Below, piece by piece: positions 27,282-36,397 of a stretch of 54,423 bases of DNA. Location of the stretch: positions 1 through 54,423 of the forward strand of contig JAGDXU010000026.1 in NCBI GenBank assembly GCA_023269965.1, written 5' to 3'. Position numbers and translations under genes: made by a program. Position 1 is the stretch's first letter, and the number at the start of each line of letters is the position of its first letter. Under the pieces are notes generated by a model, which was not told where the DNA came from, searched no databases, and saw only the letters and a list, made by a program, of their open reading frames with translations. This DNA comes from Candidatus Parvarchaeota archaeon (lineage in GTDB: Archaea > Nanobdellota > Nanobdellia > Parvarchaeales > Parvarchaeaceae).

Positions 27282-27340
27282 AGTTGATTTAAATCAACTG
27301 ATTGGATCCAAACAAAATTTTATTTTTTTATTTTTTTTAT
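27282..27340 (+). terminator. 18-bp palindrome (27282-27299) plus oligo-T tract, putative terminator
   Basis: AGTTGATTTAAATCAACT is self-complementary; T-rich run at 27318-27340. Confidence 0.45.
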
Positions 27341-27999
27341 TTTTCTATTGAGGTTAATACTTCTACTTTAATTTTCCCCATTAAGCTTTCTCTCAACTTA
27401 TTGGCATTTTCTTCTGATCCTATCCCAGAGCCATAATGCATAGGCACAACCAAATCAGGTTTCATTGCAATCGCAGCCTCAGCGGATTCTTTGTCTGTCA
27501 TAACATATATCCCGCTGACAGGTAAAAATGCAACATCAACTTTTATGTCTCTCATCTCAGGAATAAAATCAGTGTCACCTGCTAGGTAAAATTTAACCCC
27601 AGACACTATGAAAATATATCCAACATTTCCTTTCTCTCTTGGATGAAATACCTCTCCTGGAGACCTGAATTTATTTACATTATAGGAAGGTACTGTTCTT
27701 ATAGAGACGCCTTTGACAATTTTGACCTCATTCGGAGAGACAAATATCTTAGTTTGGCTAAAACTGCCTAATTTATCTTCACAGTCCTTCTGGGCGACTA
27801 TAGCTGTGTCTCTTTTCACAAGTTTCTTTATGCTCTCAGGATCACAGTGATCATAGTGATCATGTGTTATCAGAATAATATCTGCATCCCCATGTATATT
27901 CTGAACTTTATATGGGTCAGTGTATATAATTAAGCCGTCTTTCTCTATCCTGAAGCAATCATGGTGTAACCATTCGATTTTAATCTCTTTGTATTCCAT
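27337..27999 (-). CDS. MBL-fold metallo-hydrolase
   Basis: WLHHDCF, YTDPY, ITHDHYDH, YLAGDT, VPMHYG. Confidence 0.92.
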   Translation of the reverse strand: MEYKEIKIEWLHHDCFRIEKDGLIIYTDPYKVQNIHGDADIILITHDHYDHCDPESIKKLVKRDTAIVAQKDCEDKLGSFSQTKIFVSPNEVKIVKGVSIRTVPSYNVNKFRSPGEVFHPREKGNVGYIFIVSGVKFYLAGDTDFIPEMRDIKVDVAFLPVSGIYVMTDKESAEAAIAMKPDLVVPMHYGSGIGSEENANKLRESLMGKIKVEVLTSIEK

Positions 28000-28005
28000 T
28001 TGCTT

Positions 28006-28596
28006 TCAAAGTTTACCAATATCTTTCACTGTATCGATCTCCATCTTGTTTACATTCTCGGTTGCCTTTGCAATCGCAGGTATGATGCATATATGCCCAG
28101 CGCTCTCCTTCGTATCATGTATGGTCTTCAGGCCTCTTAGCGAGAATAGTATATTTCCCACATCCTTACCCAATGCATCATTGAATACAGCGTAGTATTG
28201 AAGCCTACCCTCAGGATCGATTATGACTAGTCCCCTTCTAGCGCCCCCAGTCTCACTATTTATGAAACCGTAACTAGTCACTATCTCCTTCTTAGGATCC
28301 TGGATCATAGGTATCTTACTCTTACTTACCCTTGGAGAGACTTGAACCCATCCCTTATGCGAGAACACAGTATCTGTGCTTATCGCAAATATCTCTGCAT
28401 TCTCTTTCTTGAATTCATCGTATCTACTCATTAATGCTTCAATATCTGTTGCACATACAAATGTAAAATCACCTGGATAAAATGTAAGTATTACCCACTT
28501 TCCTCTATAGTCTTTCAAGCTTACCTCCTTTATTTCGTCAGACTCCGGAAAGTAAGCCTTTTCCTTAAAGTTAGATGTTTCGCTCCCAATCTCCAT
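28006..28596 (-). CDS. Peroxiredoxin (AhpC/Prx1-like)
   Basis: LKDYRGKWVILTFYPGDFTFVC, ISTD..FSHKGW, RGLVIIDPEG. Confidence 0.92.
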   Translation of the reverse strand: MEIGSETSNFKEKAYFPESDEIKEVSLKDYRGKWVILTFYPGDFTFVCATDIEALMSRYDEFKKENAEIFAISTDTVFSHKGWVQVSPRVSKSKIPMIQDPKKEIVTSYGFINSETGGARRGLVIIDPEGRLQYYAVFNDALGKDVGNILFSLRGLKTIHDTKESAGHICIIPAIAKATENVNKMEIDTVKDIGKL

Positions 28597-28741
28597 ATTT
28601 GCCTCCTAAGAATAATTCTCTTATCTACTTTAAATCACATACATCCTTTAAATAATTTTATATGTGATGCGCAGCTCACACTTCTAGGCGAACTTTCCTA
28701 CTACCATGATAGTTTGTGCCCGCTATAGAATTTCTCTAGTC

Positions 28742-29914
28742 TTACTTACTGAATTTCTTGTTAAGTTTAATCGGGTCCGTGTGTCTGAAATATAAATTAA
28801 AGATGAAATCGAATGTTCCCTTTAAGCTTGACCAGTATATCTTCTCCATCATCATTTTTTCAAAATGATTCAGCCTGCTAGGAGGATATGGTACGACTGG
28901 CTGGTCGTATGAACCTATGACAAAAGTCCCTTTTCCATAACCTAAATCAAATGGGCAGTTAGTTCTACCATCGAATTTATCTTCTTTTCCCTGCAAAATA
29001 TTGGCGACTATCTTCGCTTCCAGGTGCGCTCCAACTCCTGCTTTAGAAGTTGGGATATTAGTTGCATCGCCTATTGCAAACGCATCATCAAAACCTTGTA
29101 TTCTCATGTTAAATTTGTCAGTTTTAATGAACCTATCATCATCTAACACGGTCTTCGGCTCGTAATCTATTTTAGCCCCTTTAAAGGGCGGAATTATGAT
29201 TGGAAGATCAAATTTGATCTGGTCCCCCTCAAGCGAATACAATGTATTTGCGTCTATATGGTCCAAATCAAAGAACGTCATTATCTGGATGCCTCTCTCC
29301 TTCATAATAGGCTCTACGACGTTATTAATTGGTTCTGCAGAATAAGCTCTCGGATACGGCGTAAAAAATACAAGTTTTGTTCTGTCTTTTAGTTTTCTTC
29401 TATTTATCAGCATCTCTGTGAGCAGCACCCCCTCTATTGGAGAAGGTGGACATTTGCAAATTGGGGAAGCTTGACCGAGAACGATTGTGCCACCTTTAAA
29501 TGAATTTAGATTTTTCCATACACGCTGTGCATTCTCTATACTTGTATGATAGTCGCCATACTTATCATCGATTTCCTTTAATCCAGAGACAGTGCTGGCA
29601 TCGCTCATCGTACCAGTTGCAACCACTATATAATCATAGGCATATTCTCCACCTTCTGTGAAGACTTTCTTATTCGTTAAGTCAACTTTTTTCACAGGAT
29701 CTAATTTAAATTTGATACCTTTTTTGATCAGCTTAGGGATTTTTTTAGTTGGTACTTCCTTTCCCATAAAAGCCGCATAAAGAAATGCGGGCTGAAAAAC
29801 CTGCGTGTCAGATTTATCCAATATAGTTACATCAAAATCCTTTTGATTCAGTGAGTTTGCGAGGATTATTCCCCCGGCTCCCCCACCGACGATAACAACT
29901 CTCTTTTTTTCCAT
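28742..29914 (-). CDS. sqr: Sulfide:quinone oxidoreductase-like FAD-dependent oxidoreductase
   Basis: VIVGGGAGG, YDYIVVATG, KCPPSP.E, FAIGDA...PTSKAG, NCPF; in an operon with dsrE/tusA. Confidence 0.82.
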   Translation of the reverse strand: MEKKRVVIVGGGAGGIILANSLNQKDFDVTILDKSDTQVFQPAFLYAAFMGKEVPTKKIPKLIKKGIKFKLDPVKKVDLTNKKVFTEGGEYAYDYIVVATGTMSDASTVSGLKEIDDKYGDYHTSIENAQRVWKNLNSFKGGTIVLGQASPICKCPPSPIEGVLLTEMLINRRKLKDRTKLVFFTPYPRAYSAEPINNVVEPIMKERGIQIMTFFDLDHIDANTLYSLEGDQIKFDLPIIIPPFKGAKIDYEPKTVLDDDRFIKTDKFNMRIQGFDDAFAIGDATNIPTSKAGVGAHLEAKIVANILQGKEDKFDGRTNCPFDLGYGKGTFVIGSYDQPVVPYPPSRLNHFEKMMMEKIYWSSLKGTFDFIFNLYFRHTDPIKLNKKFSK

Positions 29915-30156
29915 TATCTCTTCAGAATTTTTATAATTACTACGACTTTATCTGGCTGATCTTCGATACTCAATACCTGATTTCCGGTCTTCTGGGCCCA
30001 AGCTGTTACATCATTTTTAATCCCCTTGTCAGTTGCCCAGATTTCAATTGTGTCCCCCACTTTTGAGTTCCTATAAGCTTTTGCCAAGTCGACTATCGGG
30101 CCAGGGCAGCTTGATCCCCTTGAATCTACAAAAATCTTGTTTTCTTCCATACTCAT
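29914..30156 (-). CDS. tusA: Sulfurtransferase TusA family protein
   Basis: DSRGSSCPGP motif, EIWATDKG...DV.AWA. Confidence 0.93.
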   Translation of the reverse strand: MSMEENKIFVDSRGSSCPGPIVDLAKAYRNSKVGDTIEIWATDKGIKNDVTAWAQKTGNQVLSIEDQPDKVVVIIKILKR

Positions 30157-30554
30157 ATGAAAAGCACCCTCCCATTCTCTGTGTTCGATATGAACGTCGC
30201 AGCCCCAACAATATCATCAACAATCGGATCTAAATCCTCTTTTTTAAACCCAAATAAGTCACATGCAAGCGAGCATGCATAAACCTTAGCCCCCATCTCC
30301 TTAGCACCTTTTATCATCTCATACCATGATTTAACATTATGTTCCTGCATGCTCTTCAATAATTGAGGACCAAAGCTTTCAAACTCCTTAGGCAATAACA
30401 ATTTCTTATCGCCTTTAACGAAATTAAGTAAACCCCAAAAAGTCACAAAAATTTCCACATCTTCGCCCAATGACGCAGCCGCCTGTGAAAGAATCCCTAC
30501 CGACATCAACTTATCTGTAGTGCCGCTGAAAACAATCATTCCAAACTTTCCCAT
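30153..30554 (-). CDS. DsrE2-like sulfur carrier
   Basis: FSGT.DKL, IFVTFWGL, GAKVYACSL, VGAATF, LFI C-terminus. Confidence 0.92.
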   Translation of the reverse strand: MGKFGMIVFSGTTDKLMSVGILSQAAASLGEDVEIFVTFWGLLNFVKGDKKLLLPKEFESFGPQLLKSMQEHNVKSWYEMIKGAKEMGAKVYACSLACDLFGFKKEDLDPIVDDIVGAATFISNTENGRVLFI

Positions 30555-30683
30555 AAATTGCCTCTATATATGGCAAAGCTATGGTAAGATTTAAACTTTT
30601 TTAATGTTATGAAGTCACTGCTAAACCACATCATTTAAATTTTTCAATATTTATGACTCCACTATTTTTCTTCTTATAAGATC

Positions 30684-30756
30684 TGGGCCCAGAGAGATTC
30701 GAACTCTCGACCTTCTGCGTGTAAGGCAGACGTCATAACCGCTAGACTATAGGCCC
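30684..30756 (-). tRNA. tRNA-Val(TAC)
   Basis: GGGCCTA/TGGGCCC stem; arm TCTGC-CT-TAC-AC-GCAGA; GTTCGAATC. Confidence 0.96.
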
Positions 30757-30973
30757 CTATATTAAAGTCAATAGATTACTATCCAGTTTTCTATAAATAA
30801 ATGTATTTTAAGTAGGAATGAAACATCGACCAGTTCAGCTGTAAGAATACAACAAAGGCGAAGTAGACGAAGAACTGCATACGAAGAATGAGGAACCATC
30901 CCAAACAGCGCTATAAAGATGTCACTTAACACTAAAACCCAATGAAAAAAAGCCTCTCAGCGACTATAACCTC

Positions 30974-31097
30974 TGCAGGGGGTGGGATTTGAACCCACGA
31001 GGGCGCTAGGCCACAGGATATCCTTCCCGATTCCTTAAAATCATCAAAAAAAGACCGGACTTAAGTCCTGCGCGTTGGGCCGCTTCGCTACCCCTGC
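30974..31097 (-). tRNA. tRNA-Leu(TAA) with a 40-nt intron at 37/38 (31020-31059)
   Basis: GCAGGGG/CCCCTGC-A stem; CAGGA-CT-TAA-G|intron|A-TCCTG; long variable arm. Confidence 0.93.
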
Positions 31098-31211
31098 TCA
31101 GATTGCCTTGCGCATTAGCTTTCGCTTTCTCTTTCTTTCCTGTAGTTTTTTCTTTCTGGTCTTCCACCTGTCTTGGTGTACTTTTTTCCAGTTCCTAGAG
31201 CTGCGTTTCAT
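31098..31211 (-). CDS. rpl41e: Ribosomal protein eL41/eS32 (37 aa; not in ORF track)
   Basis: Translates to MKRSSRNWKKVHQDRWKTRKKKLQERKRKRKLMRKAI, matching the archaeal MKRxxRxWKKxxxxRWK pattern; GGAGGT SD upstream. Confidence 0.85.
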   Translation of the reverse strand: MKRSSRNWKKVHQDRWKTRKKKLQERKRKRKLMRKAI

Positions 31212-31381
31212 TATTACCTCCTCTGATTTAACTATAATCTATAGATTATCACCTACGATTTAAATGTATATTTATTACGCTTGTTAAAATCTAATTTAAA
31301 TATAGACATCTATTGAAATATAATTATAGTAATGAAACTATGGACAATTTATATTAACTGTTCAAACTGGAGTAAACTGAT

Positions 31382-31741
31382 ATGATTATAGACTTAGATA
31401 CCGTATTTTCGCTGATTATATTCACAATATCGCTTGCGACTTCTATATTTTCTATATTGATACTCATCGTGCTATACAAGCATAGGGCTGACAGAGCCCC
31501 GCTATTATCTTTCTTTTTGAATAAAGGTAGGGCTATAAAGCATCTGAACCTTTTCATATTTCCGGCAGTTTTCATCCTAGTCTTTGGGATTTTCGTCTTG
31601 TTGCCTCTATTTTTTAGGTTTTCTGCGATGTTAAGTGAAATCTTAGCTTATTTTCCGTATATCTTCGGAGCCTTAAGCATCCTGTTCATAGCCTTCATAA
31701 ATTATAGATGGTTTGGATGGTTTAGGAGGTTTGCAAAATGA
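31382..31741 (+). CDS. Small membrane protein
   Basis: Three hydrophobic segments; ATGA overlap with the next gene. Confidence 0.7.
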   Translation: MIIDLDTVFSLIIFTISLATSIFSILILIVLYKHRADRAPLLSFFLNKGRAIKHLNLFIFPAVFILVFGIFVLLPLFFRFSAMLSEILAYFPYIFGALSILFIAFINYRWFGWFRRFAK

Positions 31742-32040
31742 TGCTGAATGGGATATACGTATACATAGCAGCTACAGAGTCCATCCTGATGTTCTCGTTT
31801 ATCGTTTATCTTCTTTACCAACTCAGGGAATCCCCCGAGCTTCTCTTGTCAAGCTTCTATACCCATAAGCTGAAAATATACTCATTTGCTTTCTTTGCGG
31901 TGGCTTTTTTAATATTGTCCATATCCTATTCATTCTCTTTTTTCGCCTTTACGGCTAGCATAGCTAGTGTGTCAGAAGAAGACGGGTTAATCCTGGCGTT
32001 ATTCTTTTTGGATGCTTACTTTTTGATCATGGCCTCTTGA
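31738..32040 (+). CDS. Small membrane protein
   Basis: Three hydrophobic segments; GGAGG SD upstream. Confidence 0.7.
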   Translation: MMLNGIYVYIAATESILMFSFIVYLLYQLRESPELLLSSFYTHKLKIYSFAFFAVAFLILSISYSFSFFAFTASIASVSEEDGLILALFFLDAYFLIMAS

Positions 32041-32182
32041 ATGTAAAGAATTAAATTTTAAGCATCCATTTCCAAGCATGGACAACCTTTATTGTTTTTC
32101 CATTTACTTTGATTGATCTTGATAGCCCTGTTCCTCTTAGAGGCATATCTCTTTTGGTGACTTTTTGAATAGGTAATATTAA

Positions 32183-32941
32183 TCATCCCTTCAGCTCAAT
32201 TACAACTGGTGCATGGTCTGACCCTTTCTGCTCTTCGAGAATATCAGCTTTAATGATCTTCTTCTTTAGCTCTTCAGACACAACACAGTAATCTATCCTC
32301 CACCCTATATTTTTATCTCTTGCGTTGAATCTATAGGTCCACCATGAGTAGTGCCCACCCTCCTTTACAAACATCCTATAAGTGTCTATATATCCCCGAC
32401 TTAGAAATTTAGTCATCCATTCCCTTTCCTGCGGTGTAAAGCCGGCATTATTCTCGTTCTCCTTAGGCCTAGCTATATCAATCTCTTCATGCGCAACATT
32501 AAAGTCGCCACATATAATAACTGGTTTTTGCTTTCTAAGCCCCTGCAAGAAACCTTCTATTTCCTCATCAAACTTCATTTTGAATTCTAACCTTGTTAGG
32601 CCGTGCTGTGAGTTGGGAAAGTAAGAATTAATAATGTACATATTGTCAAACTCCAAAGTCAGAACCCTGCCTTCGTCGTCAAATTTGGGGTCTCCTATTC
32701 CTTCTATAACTTTAAGGGGCTTTGCTTTAGAAAGGCTTAGGACACCGCTGTATCCCTTCCTTTTAGCTGGATAAGGGAATACATAGTATCCCAGTTCGTT
32801 TATTTCTACAGGCACCGTATCGCTCTTTATCTCCTGGAAAAGTAATATATCATATCTTTTGCTTTGAATCAACTCTTTTAAACCCTTACCCCATGCACTT
32901 CTTATACCATTTACATTCCAAGACAATATCTTAATGCTCAT
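32183..32941 (-). CDS. xth: Exodeoxyribonuclease III / AP endonuclease
   Basis: SWNVNGIR, QEIK, GYSGV, EGRV, GDFNVAH, YSWW.YR, GWRIDY, SDHAP; ATG 32941 with GGAG SD. Confidence 0.96.
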   Translation of the reverse strand: MSIKILSWNVNGIRSAWGKGLKELIQSKRYDILLFQEIKSDTVPVEINELGYYVFPYPAKRKGYSGVLSLSKAKPLKVIEGIGDPKFDDEGRVLTLEFDNMYIINSYFPNSQHGLTRLEFKMKFDEEIEGFLQGLRKQKPVIICGDFNVAHEEIDIARPKENENNAGFTPQEREWMTKFLSRGYIDTYRMFVKEGGHYSWWTYRFNARDKNIGWRIDYCVVSEELKKKIIKADILEEQKGSDHAPVVIELKG

Positions 32942-33043
32942 TTTTTCCACTCCGTGAGGCGATTGTATACTAAAAAATAAACATATGAAGCATAAATATC
33001 TGCTCAAAAAGGTTAAAAACCACTCAATTACATAGTATTTAAT

Positions 33044-34234
33044 ATGTCCAGGGATAAAAAGACAAGGATACTGATAACAGACTTCAAGCTTGGAAGAGAG
33101 TTTGGGGGCGCAGAATTCGTTGCTAAAACTCTGTATGATGGGTTAAAAAAACATTATAATATCTCATACTTTGGTTTTGATATTGGTATAAACGAAAAAT
33201 CAAAACATATAGGGACACCAACCAGCAATTTCATTTCAAAGGTTTACAACTCCAAACTTTTCAGATATTTCATGAAAAACATGTTCTACCGTTCAAAAAC
33301 CTGGAGGGGAGTTGTTTTCTTCTTAAATGAATTGAGAAGAAAAATAACACTTAAGGAAGGCGAGATATACACAGATTTAGTGATCTCCAACAGCCCATAT
33401 GATTACTCTATATTATCTGGCAAGAATAGATTCAAGGTACACATTTCTAAAGGGATTATATTCGTGAAACACGGCGTATACTCGGATTTAGGGTACCCCT
33501 ACCCAGACAATCTGATAAAAGACAAGCCGTTTAAAATAGTGGCCTTAAATTCATCTGATTACTCAAATCTTTCCAAATTATACGGTAGGGAAAATGTAGC
33601 CTTGATACACAATGGTCTGGACATAGATGTTAATATAAATTTAACAAAAGATGATCTTAATTATCTGTCGTCCATAGATATAAACTCTGATAATAAGGTA
33701 ATTTTAAGCTTAGGGAGATTGGAGGACACGCAAAAAGGATTCTCATTCGGAATAAAGGCGATGGCTCTCCTGAAGGATAAGTATCCTAACCTAATCTATG
33801 TCGTCGCCGGCAAAGGCCCCGATATGGATATGTACAGGAAGTTGATATCAAAATATGGTCTAGATAACAAAGTAAAGTTATTAGGCTACGTGACAGACGA
33901 GCAGAAGTATTCTCTTTTCAGAAGAGCCGACATAATACTCCAGCCATCAGAGAGAGAGGTCTTCAGTATATTCACTTTAGAGGTGATGCATTTTGGAAAG
34001 CCTATAATAACTACGAAGAACGAAGGGTCGATAGACATAATAAAGGATGGATACAACGGCTTCTTCGCAGAGAGAAATGAAAAAGACATAGCTGATAAGG
34101 TCGAGAAGATCTTAAGCTTGGATATGAACAAGCTTGCTAAAATAAAAAGAAACTCTTTAAGCACAATTAAGCTATTTTCTATAGAGAAAATGATTAAAAG
34201 TTATAAAAGCGTCATAAAAGAGTTAGCCAAATGA
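33044..34234 (+). CDS. Glycosyltransferase family 4
   Basis: FGGAE, IHNG, LGRL...QKG, PSERE.F....LE.M..GKPII. Confidence 0.92.
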   Translation: MSRDKKTRILITDFKLGREFGGAEFVAKTLYDGLKKHYNISYFGFDIGINEKSKHIGTPTSNFISKVYNSKLFRYFMKNMFYRSKTWRGVVFFLNELRRKITLKEGEIYTDLVISNSPYDYSILSGKNRFKVHISKGIIFVKHGVYSDLGYPYPDNLIKDKPFKIVALNSSDYSNLSKLYGRENVALIHNGLDIDVNINLTKDDLNYLSSIDINSDNKVILSLGRLEDTQKGFSFGIKAMALLKDKYPNLIYVVAGKGPDMDMYRKLISKYGLDNKVKLLGYVTDEQKYSLFRRADIILQPSEREVFSIFTLEVMHFGKPIITTKNEGSIDIIKDGYNGFFAERNEKDIADKVEKILSLDMNKLAKIKRNSLSTIKLFSIEKMIKSYKSVIKELAK

Positions 34235-34238
34235 GCGT

Positions 34239-35246
34239 ATGGAAGGACCCCTATTAAGTTTTTGTGGGACAGTTTACAATTCTGCCAGAACTGTGGAAAG
34301 CAGTTTAGATTCAATCTTAAAACAGTTTAATGGTTTAAAAGGTGGATTTGAGGTCGTTGTAGTCGACAACTTTTCTACTGATGGAACGTGGGAGATACTC
34401 AAATCATATTCAAAAAAGTATAAAAACTTCAAGATAATTCAAGCCAAGTGCTCTAGGGGATTAGGGAGAGCAATAGCCTACAATCACTCTAATGGTAAAT
34501 ATTTTATGTCAATAGACCTTGACAACATATACGAACCCATATTAAGGAAAGTAATAGAAGGATTGATTAGAACATACAAGCCATATTCTCTGATAAACCC
34601 AATACATTTCATGGACAGAAAAACCATGGATAAGATAGGTAATTGGAGAGACTTACTAGCTGCAGAGGATATGGAGCTTTATGCTAGGGCATTATATAAA
34701 GGCATTAAAATCTATTCGTTGCCAGCTCATCTATTCCAAAACGAGATAGCAAGAGGAAACAGGGAAGAGAGATACTCCGGATTTAAATTCCGAAGATTAA
34801 AGAAACTCATAAGACTTTACAAGGCAACTGATGCCGCTTTAAAGGCTCAAGGTGTACTTCATTTCAAAGATGTAATCAGAAAAACGCGTTCATATGAATT
34901 TTTGGCAAAGATTGTACTATTAAAAATAAAAATCCTTAGGCAGAAAGTTTATAGATACTCAGATAGATACATTAACTCTATCTATATAGCTGACAATACA
35001 AGGATAATAGATCCACGTAAACTGCATATCCCTAAAAAATATATAATATTAACTGTCGGAATTTGGCTACAAAATTTGGAAGCATTTAACAAACTACAAG
35101 AGGATATAAGTAAGTTTCGCTTTGACCATTTCAAACTAATAGGAAAGAGGTACAGAACTTTGATCATATCTGCTTTTTACTATGATGAGACTGCAAAGGA
35201 TATTTTGAAATTCAACGAAAAATTCTACCAAAGTTATTACAAATAA
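34239..35246 (+). CDS. Glycosyltransferase family 2
   Basis: YNS..TV..SLDSIL, VVVDNFSTDGT, DLD, EDMEL..R. Confidence 0.9.
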   Translation: MEGPLLSFCGTVYNSARTVESSLDSILKQFNGLKGGFEVVVVDNFSTDGTWEILKSYSKKYKNFKIIQAKCSRGLGRAIAYNHSNGKYFMSIDLDNIYEPILRKVIEGLIRTYKPYSLINPIHFMDRKTMDKIGNWRDLLAAEDMELYARALYKGIKIYSLPAHLFQNEIARGNREERYSGFKFRRLKKLIRLYKATDAALKAQGVLHFKDVIRKTRSYEFLAKIVLLKIKILRQKVYRYSDRYINSIYIADNTRIIDPRKLHIPKKYIILTVGIWLQNLEAFNKLQEDISKFRFDHFKLIGKRYRTLIISAFYYDETAKDILKFNEKFYQSYYK

Positions 35247-35291
35247 GACTTGTTAACATTTAATGCAAATATTTTTGATTATACATGTAAT

Positions 35292-35365
35292 TGGGGTGGA
35301 TGGGATTTGAACCCACGACCTCTGGCACCCGAAACCAGTATCATACCAAGCTAGACTACCACCCC
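35292..35365 (-). tRNA. tRNA-Pro(CGG)
   Basis: GGGGTGG/CCACCCC-A stem; CTGGT-TT-CGG-GT-GCCAG arm; GTTCAAATC. Confidence 0.95.
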
Positions 35366-35370
35366 ATATA

Positions 35371-36388
35371 CTATTGTTGTGCCCTATGATACTCCGGATA
35401 CACACCTGGTCTCATTATAACACTGTCAGTTCTTATTACTATACCTTTCTCTATGTCTTTCAGTGAACTTGAATCTATCGCTGCCTTCCCTATTGCTACA
35501 ATCTCTCCTTTGAGTGTGTATATCAAAACCCATTCGTCTATCTTGAAAGGATTAAACTTAACTACGCCAGGGACAGCTACTGGAGCACCTTTGCAGACCG
35601 TATCAACGGCAAAATCAGATATCCACACCTTCGGAAGGAAATCTACAGCTTTCTCTATATTCTGGACCACCTTATTTAATGGCTTTTCATCCCCCTCCTT
35701 TTCATAGAAGTAAACCGCATCTTCTAAATTCTGAAGGGTCGACAAACTATCGTCTTCAGTGAGATTAGCAACTTTTGTCCTCCTCAATTCTACCATATGG
35801 GCGCCTACACCAATCTTTTCCCCCATGTCGTGTATCAGCTTCCTTATATATGTGCCTGATTCTACACCAACCCTAAAGAGGACATCTCTTCCATCTACTT
35901 CCAATATATCTAGATAATAAACTGTTCTCTCTCTATACTGCCTTTTTACATTTGATCTTACCGGCGGAAGCTGATTTATCTTGCCAACAAACTCTAGCAT
36001 CTGTTTCTTCAGATGCTCTTCATCGAATTCTTTATGAACATGCATCAAGGCAATGTATTCTTTTCCGCCTAAAAGAAGGAGAGCTATCGCTTTATTTGCG
36101 CGGTTTAAGGATAAAGGCAGCAATCCAGTCACGTTGGGATTTCTTTGTGAATCACACTAAAGTCCCTGAGTAACCGATCTTACTGACATTCAGCGGAGAC
36201 AGTATCCTCTTGGCGATAAAAGCGGAAGTCTTTGATCTTATTCCGCTTGGTTTGTCAAGCAAAATGAAGCCAAGGTCAAGCTTCTGCTTTATATTCCTCC
36301 TGTCGGGATATACTCCGTAATCCTCACAGGTCGCCTCATCGCGCAAAGATATAACTTCACGTTTTATACCTTCATAAGGCAGGCCCAT
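35371..36388 (-). CDS. cbf5: H/ACA pseudouridine synthase Cbf5 (TruB family), two exons: join(36157..36388, 35371..36140), 333 aa
   Basis: Exon 1 carries LDKPSG and GYSGTL; exon 2 carries KEYIA, QLPP, SGTYIRKL.HD.G, ELRRT and a PUA domain. Removing 36141-36156 gives 1002 nt in frame and restores GTLDPNVTG. Confidence 0.95.
36141..36156 (-). other. 16-nt bulge-helix-bulge (BHB) pre-mRNA intron in cbf5
   Basis: Minus strand GGGA-CTTT-AG|T-GTG-ATT-CAC-AAAG-AA|A-TCCC: 4-bp central helix CTTT/AAAG between two 3-nt bulges, with flanking helices. Confidence 0.92.
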
Positions 36389-36397
36389 TGAACTAGA

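Noticed and set aside
30781-30970. Hydrophobic short reading frames between tRNA-Leu(TAA) and tRNA-Val
   Set aside because: No convincing start/SD or family resemblance; possibly a decayed membrane-protein fragment.
35371-36388. cbf5 as a frameshifted pseudogene or as two separate genes
   Set aside because: An exact 16-nt excision restores the catalytic GTLDP motif, and the junctions form a strict BHB, which random decay would not produce.
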